Assembly (NCBI GenBank): GCA_051530055.1
Contig: CM121342.1
Span: forward strand, 9,997,480 to 10,061,479
Source: Neoechinorhynchus agilis
Lineage: Eukaryota; Animalia; Acanthocephala
DNA: 64,000 nt
Direction: 5' to 3'
This document shows positions 49,601 to 61,699 of this stretch, piece by piece; position 1 is the first letter of the stretch; each line of letters begins with the position of its first letter. A program made the translations under genes and the position numbers. The notes under the pieces are model-generated. The model was given only the letters and a program-made list of their open reading frames with translations. It did not search any database and was not told the origin of the DNA.

Positions 49601-50460
49601 TCAATAGACTTCGAAGGACCGCTTCCTCGTGCGAACAATGGGTACCAATTATATTCCAGGTTCCCGTTCGCGTTCGCATGCCATGATTGCTCCGCCAATA
49701 CTATTAGGATATGCCTCTCTCAATTATTCGCGATCTTCGGATATCCCGATTATGTTCATTCTGATCGAGGTTCCTCTTTTACGTGCCTACGCGAATGGCT
49801 CAACGCATTTGTCTAAGCCATACTACTTCATATCATCCTCAAGGAAATGGGCAATGTGAAAGGCTCAACGGAACTATTTGGAAAACAATTGAGCTAATAC
49901 TAAATGATAGGAACCTGTCCATAAGCAAATGGTCCGATGTACTTCATGAGGCACTCACAAAAATATGCATGCAACTTTGTATGAGCACTGGTCAGACCCC
50001 TCATGAGCGAATGTTCGACTTCCTGCGACGATGCGAGATATTCTCACCCATACCGGGCTGGATCTCGTCCTATGAGAAAGCTTACTTTCGAAACACGAAC
50101 CCAAATCGAAATTTGACGACCAGGTAAACGAAGTGGGACTGATCAGCGCCAATGAAAAGAATGCACTGATTGAATTCTACGATGGTCATCGCCAATTGGT
50201 TTCCACACAAAGATTGGCTCCCACTGGAGGCGATTTATCGGAAAACGAAATTAGCAAAGAATACCCTCAATTCTTAGGAGACGCAAAAGAAAATGATACC
50301 GCTGAAATGGAAAAAAATGGGGACGGAGTATGTCATGGAGAATGGACAAGAAGTCAGGAGGTCCTGCCGCGTTCGGGGGCAGTCTTTACATGGCGTCTCG
50401 ATTAACAATGCTGGACAATTTCTTGCCGGTTCTGCAATGATCCGTTGCGCGACCTCAGGA
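46658..50460 (+). mobile_element. Ty3/Gypsy LTR retrotransposon, decayed; 130-bp 5' LTR (46658-46787), 3' LTR not seen
   Basis: TGTGATA...TATAACA termini with AATAAA; gag with two CCHC knuckles; protease LDTGS (~47760); RT YLDD; RNase H LETDAS; integrase (IDFEGPLP, YHPQGNGQCER); several stops and frameshifts. Confidence 0.95.
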
Positions 50461-50466
50461 TTCGAT

Positions 50467-50790
50467 TCACATCGGAGTTCCATTGATCATTAATGAATGG
50501 AACTTCCAAAAGAAAACCCGTTCTTTGGGTTCGCTTCCTGAAGGTCGTTCTCGGATAACTTTCTTTACCAGCATGTCCCTCGGTAAATTTAATTCATGGC
50601 GTAGGCGATTCTGATCAGAGCAATATCGAAATGCTCTGTTTACTAAGATTCTGATTATCGCTAATTCGATATGCAAGTGTGATCGTTGATTCAGTCAAAT
50701 AAGGCGGCAGGATAAAGCCACCCTCCTGAGTTACCTTTTAGACTTCAAGAAGTCCTACGAGACGGACGAAATGTTGGGAATTAATTCAAT
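50467..50790. mobile_element. Penelope-like fragment (inverted RT thumb piece plus degenerate hammerhead tail)
   Basis: Minus strand IIRILVNRAFRYCS...LRHEL; plus strand TTTTAGAC TTCAAGA AGTCC...GGAC GAAA at 50736-50771. Confidence 0.6.
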
Positions 50791-50989
50791 AAACCTCTAT
50801 TCTTCTCATCACCAAAGAACATACGAATGTCGATTTCTAAAATGATAATTACGATCGTCCATCCCACATTGTTGCAGCAAGGTACACTTTCAGTCAGTCG
50901 AATGAAGTAAGGATAAAAGCGTAAGAAATGAATCGCGGAAGCTCGAAAAGGCGGCAATAGAACATCGATTACATGATTTAATATTAGAA

Positions 50990-51500
50990 TAGACAAATTG
51001 GACGACCCTTCACTGGATGAAGTGCTAAAAATTGCGACAACAGTTGAGATGCCCAGCTACGTTGCTTCTGAGATGCAAATAGAAAACCCATGCAAACGGC
51101 AGATAGGATCGACAAAGTTCGCAGCACCATCATAAAATCTAAAGATGAACACCTCAAGGGATGTGTCGGAGTGTTTTGCTAGAAAAGCGAAATATTGCAG
51201 ATGCGGTCGTTTAGGTCATATAAGACAATGCTGTCGAAGTAGACCTAAAGTACAGGTTACCGAAGAAAGGGAAACAGTCTATAAGGAAATATATACTATC
51301 GCCGGTGAAATTTTTCAACCACAGTCACCAACAGCAAGTCCAAGGATTTCAATCTGAATCAATGGAGCTCAATTGGAGATGGACTTCGACACGGGGGCAG
51401 CGGTGTCAATCATACCGCATAGTTGGGATAAAAAATATTTCATTTGAAATGAAATATTTCGAAACGGGAATCCTAGCCTCATCAGTCGAAATATTTCAAT
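50990..51500 (+). mobile_element. Decayed gag/protease fragment of a second Ty3/Gypsy element
   Basis: CRCGRLGHIRQCC knuckle and NGAQLEMDFDTGAAVSII protease motif. Confidence 0.7.
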
Positions 51501-51789
51501 TCAATAAAGTGCATATTATCCGTGGTGGATTATGATCACCGCAACTCCAATTACGAATTTAATACTCAAGAGAAAATCCATAAAAGGATGATAGAGAATA
51601 AAATATCTTTTTTCCTTGTTCGAGCTCTTAAGCGTTATGGGTATTTTGCGCAGACCACGCATCCCTGACCAAAATCGGTGGACGATATTCCCAAATCTGC
51701 CGGGTAAAAGGCAATTGAGTAATCTCAAAATATATATAATTAAAAAATGTAACCGACTGAGTTACAAATATGTTATAAAAAACTGCTTA

Positions 51790-51980
51790 GAATTATTGTT
51801 TAGAAGTCTTCACACGGTAAATAATATTTTTATGAAAGACGTTCTCGAACCTCGCCGGGCTCATCATCAGTTTGTTTATTAGTAATTTGACACAAATAAA
51901 CTGATGATGAACTCCCAGTGAGGTTCGCAGAACGTCTTTATTAACTCTTTAAATGGATGAAGACTTCTAAACAATAATCC
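51790..51980. repeat. ~190-bp imperfect inverted repeat with two opposed hammerhead-like motifs
   Basis: ATTATTGTTTAGAAGTCTTCA / TGAAGACTTCTAAACAATAAT and AAGACGTTCTCGAACCTC..CATCATCAGTTT / AAACTGATGATG..GAGGTTCGCAGAACGTCTT. Confidence 0.85.
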
Positions 51981-52839
51981 TCTAATCATATACTTCGCGG
52001 CACCTCCTCACACATCGACATCTCTGCTTATGTTTGATTCAAGTTCATTTGCAATACATTAGACTTTCTGGGATGTTGAGGATAATGAATAAATATCATT
52101 TGGGAGTTTCGATTTAGAGACGTCTTGAAGGTTGTCAGCTAGTTGTAGCTGGTCTAATCGATCTTTTTTTACACCGTAGTTTTTGAAAGAACGTTCCATG
52201 GAATGACAATTTGATTGTACATTTACTGTTTAGGCATTGTAGGGTTCGATTTGACGATGAAGATGAACGGTCATCTTTTTGAAGGTTATATTGTCGCAAG
52301 TTAAGCGGTTGGAAACAAATGTTTATTTTGGACCAATATTTCGGAGTTTTACTCCTTCTTCAGCTTCCTGTAAAATATGTACAATTGTTTCCGGAAAAAT
52401 ACAAGTAAACTCGCGTCACTTGCTAAAGTAATGACAATCAAAAAGGGGGACATGCAGTTGAGAAATCAGTCGACAATAAACCAACTTTGAAGGATAGCAT
52501 AAATATGCTTCTCGTCTATCGATCAACGATTTCAATTGGGGAAAAGGTCTTTTTGTTAGGCGTCGTCCTCGAGAAGCTGACTATTTGGGTGTGACCCGAG
52601 ATTGAGAGCTTTCACAACATTGGGTGGCCGTTTGTCACCCTCCTCTCCGTCCATGTCTATTTGTTCCGATCCTTCGTCATCCGGATTATCAAGGGAATTC
52701 GAAAACAACGAGATAGCGTTTATTTTTGGATGAACAAAAACGCAAAATGAATGGACGTACGTTAAAAATACGATGAAATGATTATTTAGTTTTTAGCAGT
52801 GTTGGAAAATTGAGAAATGTAGATCTGATATCAAGGTTG

Positions 52840-53130
52840 CTTGTAAGCTTGTGCCCGAAATATCGGATCTGATAAATTCTTAATTTTTTACGTTTGAAAA
52901 TTGAATTATTTATATTGGGTTTTTTCTGGTGTAGAAAAATTAAAATGATTTTATTTTAAAACCCGATATTTCGGAGGCACAATCTTGTACACCTTTTGAT
53001 CAAGGTTGTCGAATAAAACATTAAAACAACCTTGACAAAGGAGTACAATATTGTACCTGCGAAATATCGGGTTTTAAAATAAAATCATTTTAAGCTTTAA
53101 TTTTTGCACCATAAACAAACATGTACAAAG
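52840..53130. mobile_element. Palindromic MITE family member upstream of pyruvate kinase
   Basis: AAAATGATTTTATTTTAAAACCCGATATTTCG is inverted ~100 nt later; ends CCATAAACAAACATG like 25812. Confidence 0.8.
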
Positions 53131-53325
53131 AATATAAAATTGGACGCCATAATTCTGAAGTTTTTCGCTTTAGTCCTGCTACTGATTATTTTTGATAAAT
53201 GCATTTTCAGAAAGGTAATCAATTTTCAAAATTAAGTTTCAATGCAGACTTGGGTAAACAGTCACAAACGCCGTTTCGCTTTCATCATTTTCGGAATGTG
53301 ATGAAATCCAATTTACATTGTTACC

Positions 53326-55046
53326 ATGGCAGCGCTGAAACACGGTAGGGGAATATTTTGCGTATTAAGATCAGTGAAGAAGCTGTTGGCAATGATGAAT
53401 GGTTTCGATAAAAGCCAAAGAGCAACTAACGTTCAGTTGAGCGACAGTCCCGCGAATGGAATTGAATCAAGGGCTTCATTAAAGGTATTCCAAGAACCCG
53501 CAAAAACGCGACTTACGAAGATTGTCTGCACCATTGGTCCTTCTACCCAATCCGTTGAAATGTTAAAAGAACTCGTAAAGGCTGGAATGAACGTAGCTCG
53601 CCTTAATTTCAGTCATGGGAATCACGATTATCATTTGAAGACAATTGAGAATGTCCGAAGGGCATGTGTAAATGAAAACGGCGAACGGATTCCTGTTGGG
53701 ATAGCTTTGGACACAAAAGGACCGGAGATTAGAACTGGATTACTGGAGCAAGGAGATGAAGTCGAACTAAAAACGGGTTCAGAAACAACCGTCACTGTGG
53801 ACGAGCGTCATCGAAATGCAGTAACCGATCAATTGATTTTCATTGATTATAAAAACATGCCTAAAGTTTGTCAAAGAGGAAGTAGGATTTTCATTGACGA
53901 TGGTAATATTTGTTTGACGGTTAAAGATATTCAGCAAAATGAAATAAAATGTCATATTGAGGCTGGCGGTGTTTTAAAGAATCAGAAAGGAGTCAATCTA
54001 CCTGGCACCGCAGTTGACCTTCCTGCCATAACTGAAAAGGATAGAGAAGATATTCGCTTTGGAATTCAGAATGATGTAGATTTCATTTTTGCGTCTTTTA
54101 TTAGAGACGGCAATGGAGTTGGTGAGATAAGAAAGGTGATTGAAAACTCCGGCTATTCAAATAAAATAAATATAATTTCAAAAATCGAAAGTCAGCAAGG
54201 AATCGATAACTTTGATGAAATTTTAAAAGAATCAGATGGGATTATGGTGGCGAGAGGAGATATGGGAGTTGAGATTGATGCGGAACAGGTAAAATTAACG
54301 AACTCGTTTTTTCTTTCTATATTCCAGCATTTTTTCTTTAGGTTTTTGTGGCTCAAAGAATGATAGTGGCAAAAGCTCAATTGGCTGGAAAGCCGGTCAT
54401 TGTCGCAACTCAAATGCTAGATAGCATGACAAAAAGGAATCGACCTACTCGTGCCGAAGTCACGGACGTCGGTTTCGCTGTAACCGAAGGATGCGATGCC
54501 GTAATGTTGAGTGCTGAAAGTGCCAGTGGTGACTATCCAATCGAAGCTGTTCAAATGCAAGACAAAATCTCCCGTACCGCAGAAATCAATTTTCCTTATC
54601 TTGAAAATCTTTTTGAGTTTGAAAGACACGTTATTTGTTCATCGAATTCGGAGCAAATAACGAATCCAGATCTTACTGCTCATATTATGCTAAGCGCAGC
54701 GCATGCAGCATTCCTGTCGAAAGCTGTAGCCGTCATTGTGCTAACCGAGGAAGGTGGAAGTGTTGAACGTCTCGCCAAATACCGCATTAAATGTCCTATC
54801 ATTTGCGTTACTCGAAACGAAAGGACTGCCCGGTCACTTACCCTGGTCCGAAACTGTTTTCCGGTTTTTATCGAACAACCAGCTCTAATGGATTTAGAGC
54901 AGGATCGAGCGCTTAGGATTGAAGCAGGACAATCGGAAATCATTGCCTTGAAGTTATGTGAAAATCCACCTTGTCCAGTAATAGTTGTGATCGGAGAGTT
55001 ACCGAGTGCTGGACGAACAAATTCTTTATATATTTGTTCCATGTAG
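53326..55046 (+). CDS. PK: Pyruvate kinase; one 53-nt GT-AG intron (54289-54341)
   Basis: TKIVCTIGP, ARLNFSHG, LDTKGPEIRTG, KIES, DGIMVARGDMG, ATQMLDSM and RPTRAE motifs. Confidence 0.97.
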
Positions 55047-57119
55047 AACCTAAGAGTAACTTATTACCAATAAATTTGATTTTCCTTTTAAAATATCCTT
55101 AAATCTACACTTGCATAGCTTGCAAAATTCCACATCCTTGACTTAATTGAAAAATCGTCAGATAAAATTTGACTATAATGCTGTTGACAAATTGGCTCAG
55201 TTTAGTCACTTGTTCATGGTGAGGACCTATAAAGAATCGCCCAAACTTCGTGGCTAATGCTTAACAGCCAGCTCTATTTTCAGAGAACTTTGTTCTGATT
55301 GAAACTTCAACGTTTGACCCTTAATACCCCACTTGAAGATAATAAATAGAAATTAATCGAATTGACTTTCACGATCATTTATTTAGGAAATAATATTTTA
55401 AAAGCATAACTTGCAGATCTTTTGGTTTTATCAAATTCTCTTTATTCAACCGCGATACGTAGTCGTCATTTCTTGTAGAGAATTATCGAATGCTAATAGA
55501 TAACACAATTGTCAACGAAATGCAAATCTTAAATTTTTATACGAACGATTGGTTAGCAGAGTCTACTGCTGAAATAATCTCCATACTTATGAAATAGAAT
55601 ATATAGGTTAGGGTTTAAAATTTTACTTTTTAAAAATCCCTTCTATGACTTAACGAAGAAAACAATTTTGCAAAAACAAAGTCGATGCATTGAAATATAA
55701 AATTAATTTTTAAAAATGACCTTCATTACCAACACGGATAAAAAATTAATCTGAGTAATTTAACTAAAAATAATATGAGATATCGTGTGAAATTTTTCTT
55801 TATAATTTTTCATGCTTTTAATTTTTGATAAAATCAATATTTTAGCAAATTAAAAATTTATCGCCATTCACATTTCAGCCGTTTTCATTTGTAAGTTTAG
55901 AATCTCGATTTTTGAGCAACACGCTAGGATTAAAATGTTGTTGGACAATCTTATTTGTGAGATCACTTATTGAATAAATTATTTTTTGAAAATTATCAGA
56001 ACACAGTTAGTAACTACATCTGAATTCAAAGATTTATCTTGCAATTCAGTCATAAAGTTTGTATTCGAATTGTAATAATGGGGGTGTTTACCTTTCAACA
56101 AGTACTTAAACTTTTGTCATTTCAGCGATTTTATGTTTAAGGCGATCAGGTGTATGGAGATTGAAGGAAACGCTCAAAGAAACAAATAATTATCAATTAG
56201 ATCTTGCAAGAAACTATTTTGTGAATGACTATAATTTTATTTTTAATACAAATAAATGAAGTTAGCGGACGAGTTAAAATCACAGTTTTGGTTAAGATCA
56301 AATTTCAATGAATGACATTTTCAGTTCAATAGGAAATATATCAGCGGTGGAAAAGGCATCACTTCAACAAAGAATAAATGATTTTTTCAGATGCAATTTT
56401 AAGACGTTAACATTAAATTTTTGCATGAAACGATTAAGCGTTTTTCACCATTTCAGCGCTCTCGGATTTTCAGTTATAAGTAATTATAGAGATTTTCTCA
56501 TTCCTTTTAACAACTTTACGCAAGCCCTTTTAGCCTTTTGACCACTTTTCAAAATTAAATTTTAAATTCAGATTATGACTGGATTATATTGCCATCGTCA
56601 GGCGCATATCAAAACAGCGAGAAGTAAAAAAAGAGATGCAAATCATTCGTGATAGTAATCATGAGTCAGGATTTTCAATTATACAACTTTTTCTTCGTAA
56701 CAGAGAGTTCAAACGAAATGATTAGCACAATAAAAAAAATAGTCTGGGTATTTGATAGTTTTGACGATAGGAAATCAATGTTAGCTGAAATAAGAATCAG
56801 CATATGGATTGATAATAAATCAAATTCATCCAAATGGATTCTTAAAATTGTTCGAGAAACGATTCCAAAAGCTCACTGTCATAATTTTGACCTGGACAAA
56901 TTAATGCGGAAATTCGAGTAGACTATATTCAGTTTCCAAGACAACTGATTATGTGGACATTAATAATTTGCTAATCTCGTCAGACCTCTCGTGCTGGAGC
57001 GAAAGAGGCTAGTAAGTAGCAGAATGCTGTCTACGCATAAATTTCATATATTCCTCCTTGCAGTCCTCTCCGTTTCAAATCTTCACATTTACCATCTCTC
57101 CTAACTTTGTTTTTCAGAA

Positions 57120-58217
57120 ATGAATACAGAAAGACGATCGATAAGCTTCGGCGAATATTTTGCAAAATTTACCCGTTCTGCGAGTCATCGACGAAAATCA
57201 TCTCGAGAAAGTGATACGGTCGAACTTCGTACTTTTAAAAAAGCTCAAAACCTATCAATACCGAACGAAACGTTCATTAGATGCCAACTGGCACAAGGCG
57301 GTCCCTCGGTAAATGTGAAACTATCAAGTTTCAGAGGAATGGAAGGCCTTTACAAGAAATTGGCCGAGTGTTTCAACATTCCCTTTGATTCGGTAATTTG
57401 ATACTGTGTGTTCCGATTGGTGTTTTTTTCAAATTACTGATTTTTAGATTCTATATTGTACGGCGAATAATCATAAACCTGATATGAATAATCTTATTGT
57501 TGGGCAAATGGGACTTAATGATTTCTTGTATGTCCATTTAACTGGAAGAGCGAAGGAAATCGAAATTGAGAAAGTAGAAGAAATGATGGGATTCATTGTG
57601 ACCGACAACGGTGCTGGGAAATCAATGATTAAAAAAATTAAAAAAAATAGTTTGATCAACAGGGTTCATTCTGAATATATTTTGCCCGGAGATTACATTC
57701 AGAAGATAGATCAGGTTTCATGTGAAGGTAAACGACATTATCAGGTCACTAAAATTCTTAGAGATATTCCATTAAACACAAAGTTCGTTATAAGACTAAT
57801 TGAACCCGTCAAAAATGGATTTGGTATGTCTAATTTGTTGAGACAATTGCTTCGAATTTCTACTTGCGCTTAGTTGGAATATCATTCTCCAAAAATTTAA
57901 GAAAACAAAACAAGCAAATCTTAAACGATTCGGAAAACCTACAGACAATCAGAATTAAATCTGATGGGGAACCGCTCGTTCAGACACAAACAACAAAGGA
58001 AATGAAGATTGTGGATGCAGTGAATGCACTCGTTGAACAATTTATGGGAATATCTGATGTAACATTGGCTCAATCTATTCGAGATGTTGCCAATCAGGCT
58101 CACAATCCCAGTGACTTTGTTGAACTTATCAATCAATCTGAACTTTCTGTTTTTGAATTTCCAATCGAATTCATATTTGACATTTGGGGCGCTATCACTG
58201 ATCTTGTGCCAGTGTGA
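57120..58217 (+). CDS. GIPC: GIPC PDZ-domain protein; GT-AG introns 57393-57447 and 57824-57873
   Basis: QLAQGGP (GH1), ILYCTAN.HKPDM, GFIVTDNGAG, RHYQV PDZ, FEFPIEFIFDIWGAI (GH2). Confidence 0.92.
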
Positions 58218-58254
58218 AATATCAAACTTTCTGTAATTTTTACCTTGGAGAGTG

Positions 58255-59980
58255 TGCGTAAAAATGAATCCTCTTCTTCATAATTTCTACAACGAAATTA
58301 TGGTTGCAAAGAAATTATTGGTGCAAATTTGCAAACAATCACAAGTTTTGCAAAAGCCAAATCGCAAGAAAAAGATTGGAAAAAAATCAAAAACATTCAC
58401 CTACTTGCAAATAAAATTTCCAATGCTTATTAGAAACTGAAAATTGCAACTATGACATTTTCAAATCAAATTCAATCCTTAAAGCGAATCAGTAACATGC
58501 GATGTCGTTTTAGAGGAACGACGTAAAAATTAAAAATGCTTCCTCATCTCCAAAATTTCTAAAAAGAAATTGTGGTTATTCATGATAGGATGAACGAAAA
58601 TGTAAAGAAATTATTTGAGCAAATTTGCAATTTTTCAAACGATTACAAGTTTTGCAAAAGCCAAACCGCAAGAAAAAGATTGGAAAAATCCAAAACACTC
58701 AGCGTCTTGCAAAGAATAAATTTTCCAGTGCTTATTAGAAACTGAAAATTGCAACTATGGCATTTTCAAATCAAATTCAATCCTTAAAGCGAATCAGTAA
58801 CATGCGATGTCGTTTTAGAGGAACGACGTAAAAATCAAAAATGCCTTCTCATCTCCAAAATTTCTACAAAGAAATTGTGATTATTCATGAGATGATAAAT
58901 GAAAATGTAAAGAAATTATTTGTGCAAATTTGCAAATTTTCAAACAGTCACAAGTTTTGCAAAAGCCAAATAGCAAGAAAAAGATTGGAAAAAATCCCAA
59001 ATATGCAACTTCTTGCAAAGAATCAAATTTTCTGTGTTTATTATAAACTGAAAATTGCAACTATGGCATTTTCAAATCAAATTCAATCCTTAAAGCGAAT
59101 CAGTAACATGCGATGTCGTTTTAGAGGAACGACGTAAAAATCAAAAATGCCTTCTCATCTCCAAAATTTCTACAAAGAAATTGTGGTTATTCATGAGATG
59201 ATAAATGAAAATGTAAAGAAATTATTTGTGCAAATTTGCAAATTTTCAAACAGTCACAAGTTTTGCAAAAGCCAAATAGCAAGAAAAGATTGGAAAAAAT
59301 CCCAAATATGCAACTTCTTGCAAAGAATCAAATTTTCTGGGTTTATTATAAACTGAAAATTGCAATTATGACATTTTCAAATCAAATTCAATCCTTAAAG
59401 CGAATCAGTAACATGCGATGTCGTTTTAGAGGAACGACGTAAAAATCAAAAATGCCTTCTAATCTCCAAAATTTCTACAAAGAAATTGTGATTATTCATG
59501 AGATGATAAATGAAAATGTAAAGAAATTATTTGTGCAAATTTGCAAATTTTCAAACAGTCACAAGTTTGGCAAAAGCCAAATAGCAAGAAAAGATTGGAA
59601 AAATATCCCAAATATGCAACTTCTTGCAAAGAATCAAATTTTCTGGGTTTATTATAAACTGAAAATTGCAATTATGACATTTTCAAATCAAATTCAATCC
59701 TTAAAGCGAATCAGTAACATGCGATGTCGTTTTAGAGGAACGACGTAAAAATTAAAAATGCATTCTCATCTCCAAAATTTCTACAAAGAAATTGTGGTTA
59801 TTCATGATAGGATAATTGAAAATGTAAAGAAATTATTTGCGCAAATTTGCAAATCTTCAAACGATCACAATTTAATCGTAAAAAAATTGGAAAAAAATCC
59901 AAAACACTCAGCTTCTTGTATAAATACTAATTTTAATGTGGCAGTAAAAGTAAATCTCTAACATACGATGTCTTTTAAAA
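58255..59980 (+). repeat. Tandem array, ~5.6 x 305-306 bp, directly 3' of GIPC
   Basis: AAAATGCCTTCTCATCTCCAAAATTTCTAC-type start at 58536, 58841, 59147, 59452 and 59758; diverged terminal units. Confidence 0.95.
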
Positions 59981-61699
59981 AAGAAGTGTTAATCAAAGCT
60001 TCTTCAACGTAGCTGCATTTTTTTATAAAAATAAAAACTGAAACTTATGAAACCTTTTTAAGAAAAAATTCATGAGTATTTCTGAGAAAAGCGATACCTA
60101 CGACATTTCACTCTTCTCCTAGGTATAGTTTATGACCACCATCATCAATTCCCAAATCTACGAAGCGATCTTTCTGGAAATCTCAAGTATTCGCATTTCT
60201 AAATACCAACGAAAATAGATTATATATTTCCCAAAAAAACGTTTAGTTCAGCACAAAACCATAAATCACTCTGTTCTGTGCGTCTAAAAAGGCCGCTTGA
60301 TTGGTTTCTATTATACTCTTGATCGATATCTTGTCTCAACAAAGACATTTATCACTTTTTTTCGCATTGATGCGATAGATACGGAATTTCGTGAGTGGCA
60401 CGATTGCGCTAAACTATCTGTATGTGTTTGCAAATAAATCAATTCATTTCTATGTTGCCAGGCGTACTAATTCCATTATGGTTTATAGAACATTACTTGG
60501 AGTTTAAAAGTAGTGCCTTATTGCCGAACTTACCGAGTTTATATACATTTCTAGCTTCTCTTTGCGCTGTTAGGGCGGCTTACTTCCATTTCCAAGTGGA
60601 TCCAACAGTACTCTGGATCTATGGTGAGAGCTATGGACGAAATCACTTGGCGGTCACCATAACTAAATCTCTTTTTTGATAAAGAATAATAATTCGAGAT
60701 TACCTCATTTCGTTTTTAAGATCATCTAGCATCTCATGGATTGTCTGCTCTTAGTTACAGACCTTTTTGGGTCGCGCAACGTGAGAGCTAAGCGTAAAAT
60801 GATTTTTTTGGCATCATACATGAAAATGCCACGAATGCCGGATAATTCGATCTACACATTTCAGTCTCTTGAGAGAAATACAAATGAATTTCGAGATGGT
60901 TTTGACAAAGATCTCTATGGTATCAAGTACTTGTTACAAGCTTTGCGGTTTGTCCGAATCTGTGATACACTCGAGTTTAAGTTATTCTTGTTTTTGCGAA
61001 TTTTGTCAATCTTATGAGCAGCGCATGCGTCGAAAATGAAGGAAATTGACGATCATGATTTTGATAATGGGCACTAAACGCCGCCGTTATCTCGATGATT
61101 ATAGTCTACAACGAGCATAATCATTGAAACCTGGGAAGTCAGTGCCAAGTGCTATAAAACAAGGGTTACTTATCGGAGTTGTCACAAGCCGTAATGAGTT
61201 TCTTGGCACTAAATGCCAAGTGTGGATGGAGAGGATAGAAATTTGATTCGATCTATAGGTTATTAACAAAAAGGTTTGATCTTTTAACCAAAAAAACCCT
61301 ATAGTGGACATTAGAAAGTTTTTTCACGCATCAAGTAGTTCGTTTTAGAAGATTTGTCTGTGCTAAACAAAGCTAAGATAATTAAAGGATATAATAAAGT
61401 CAGAAATCTGCGGTGCATGTAAGAACAAGACTTAAGGGTCTTTCAAGATTTAATTCTAGGTAATGATATTCTTACTCTCTTTGGTTATCACAATCAATCA
61501 CATTGAGTCTTAACGTGTTGAAAGATAATCCTAAAATAGAAATAGTATAATTCCCACAAAGACAATATTCGATGCGGTTGGGAAAGATCAATCATAGACT
61601 AGACGGCCATCTCCTTCGGTGTCATCTTCGACCCTCAACTTCAGAAGCTTCATTACAATATTGTCAGAACACGTTATTGCTTTGTCTTGCGGCAAAGAA

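Noticed and set aside
60420-61020. Two short plus-strand ORFs (85 and 93 aa)
   Set aside because: No recognisable domain; insufficient evidence
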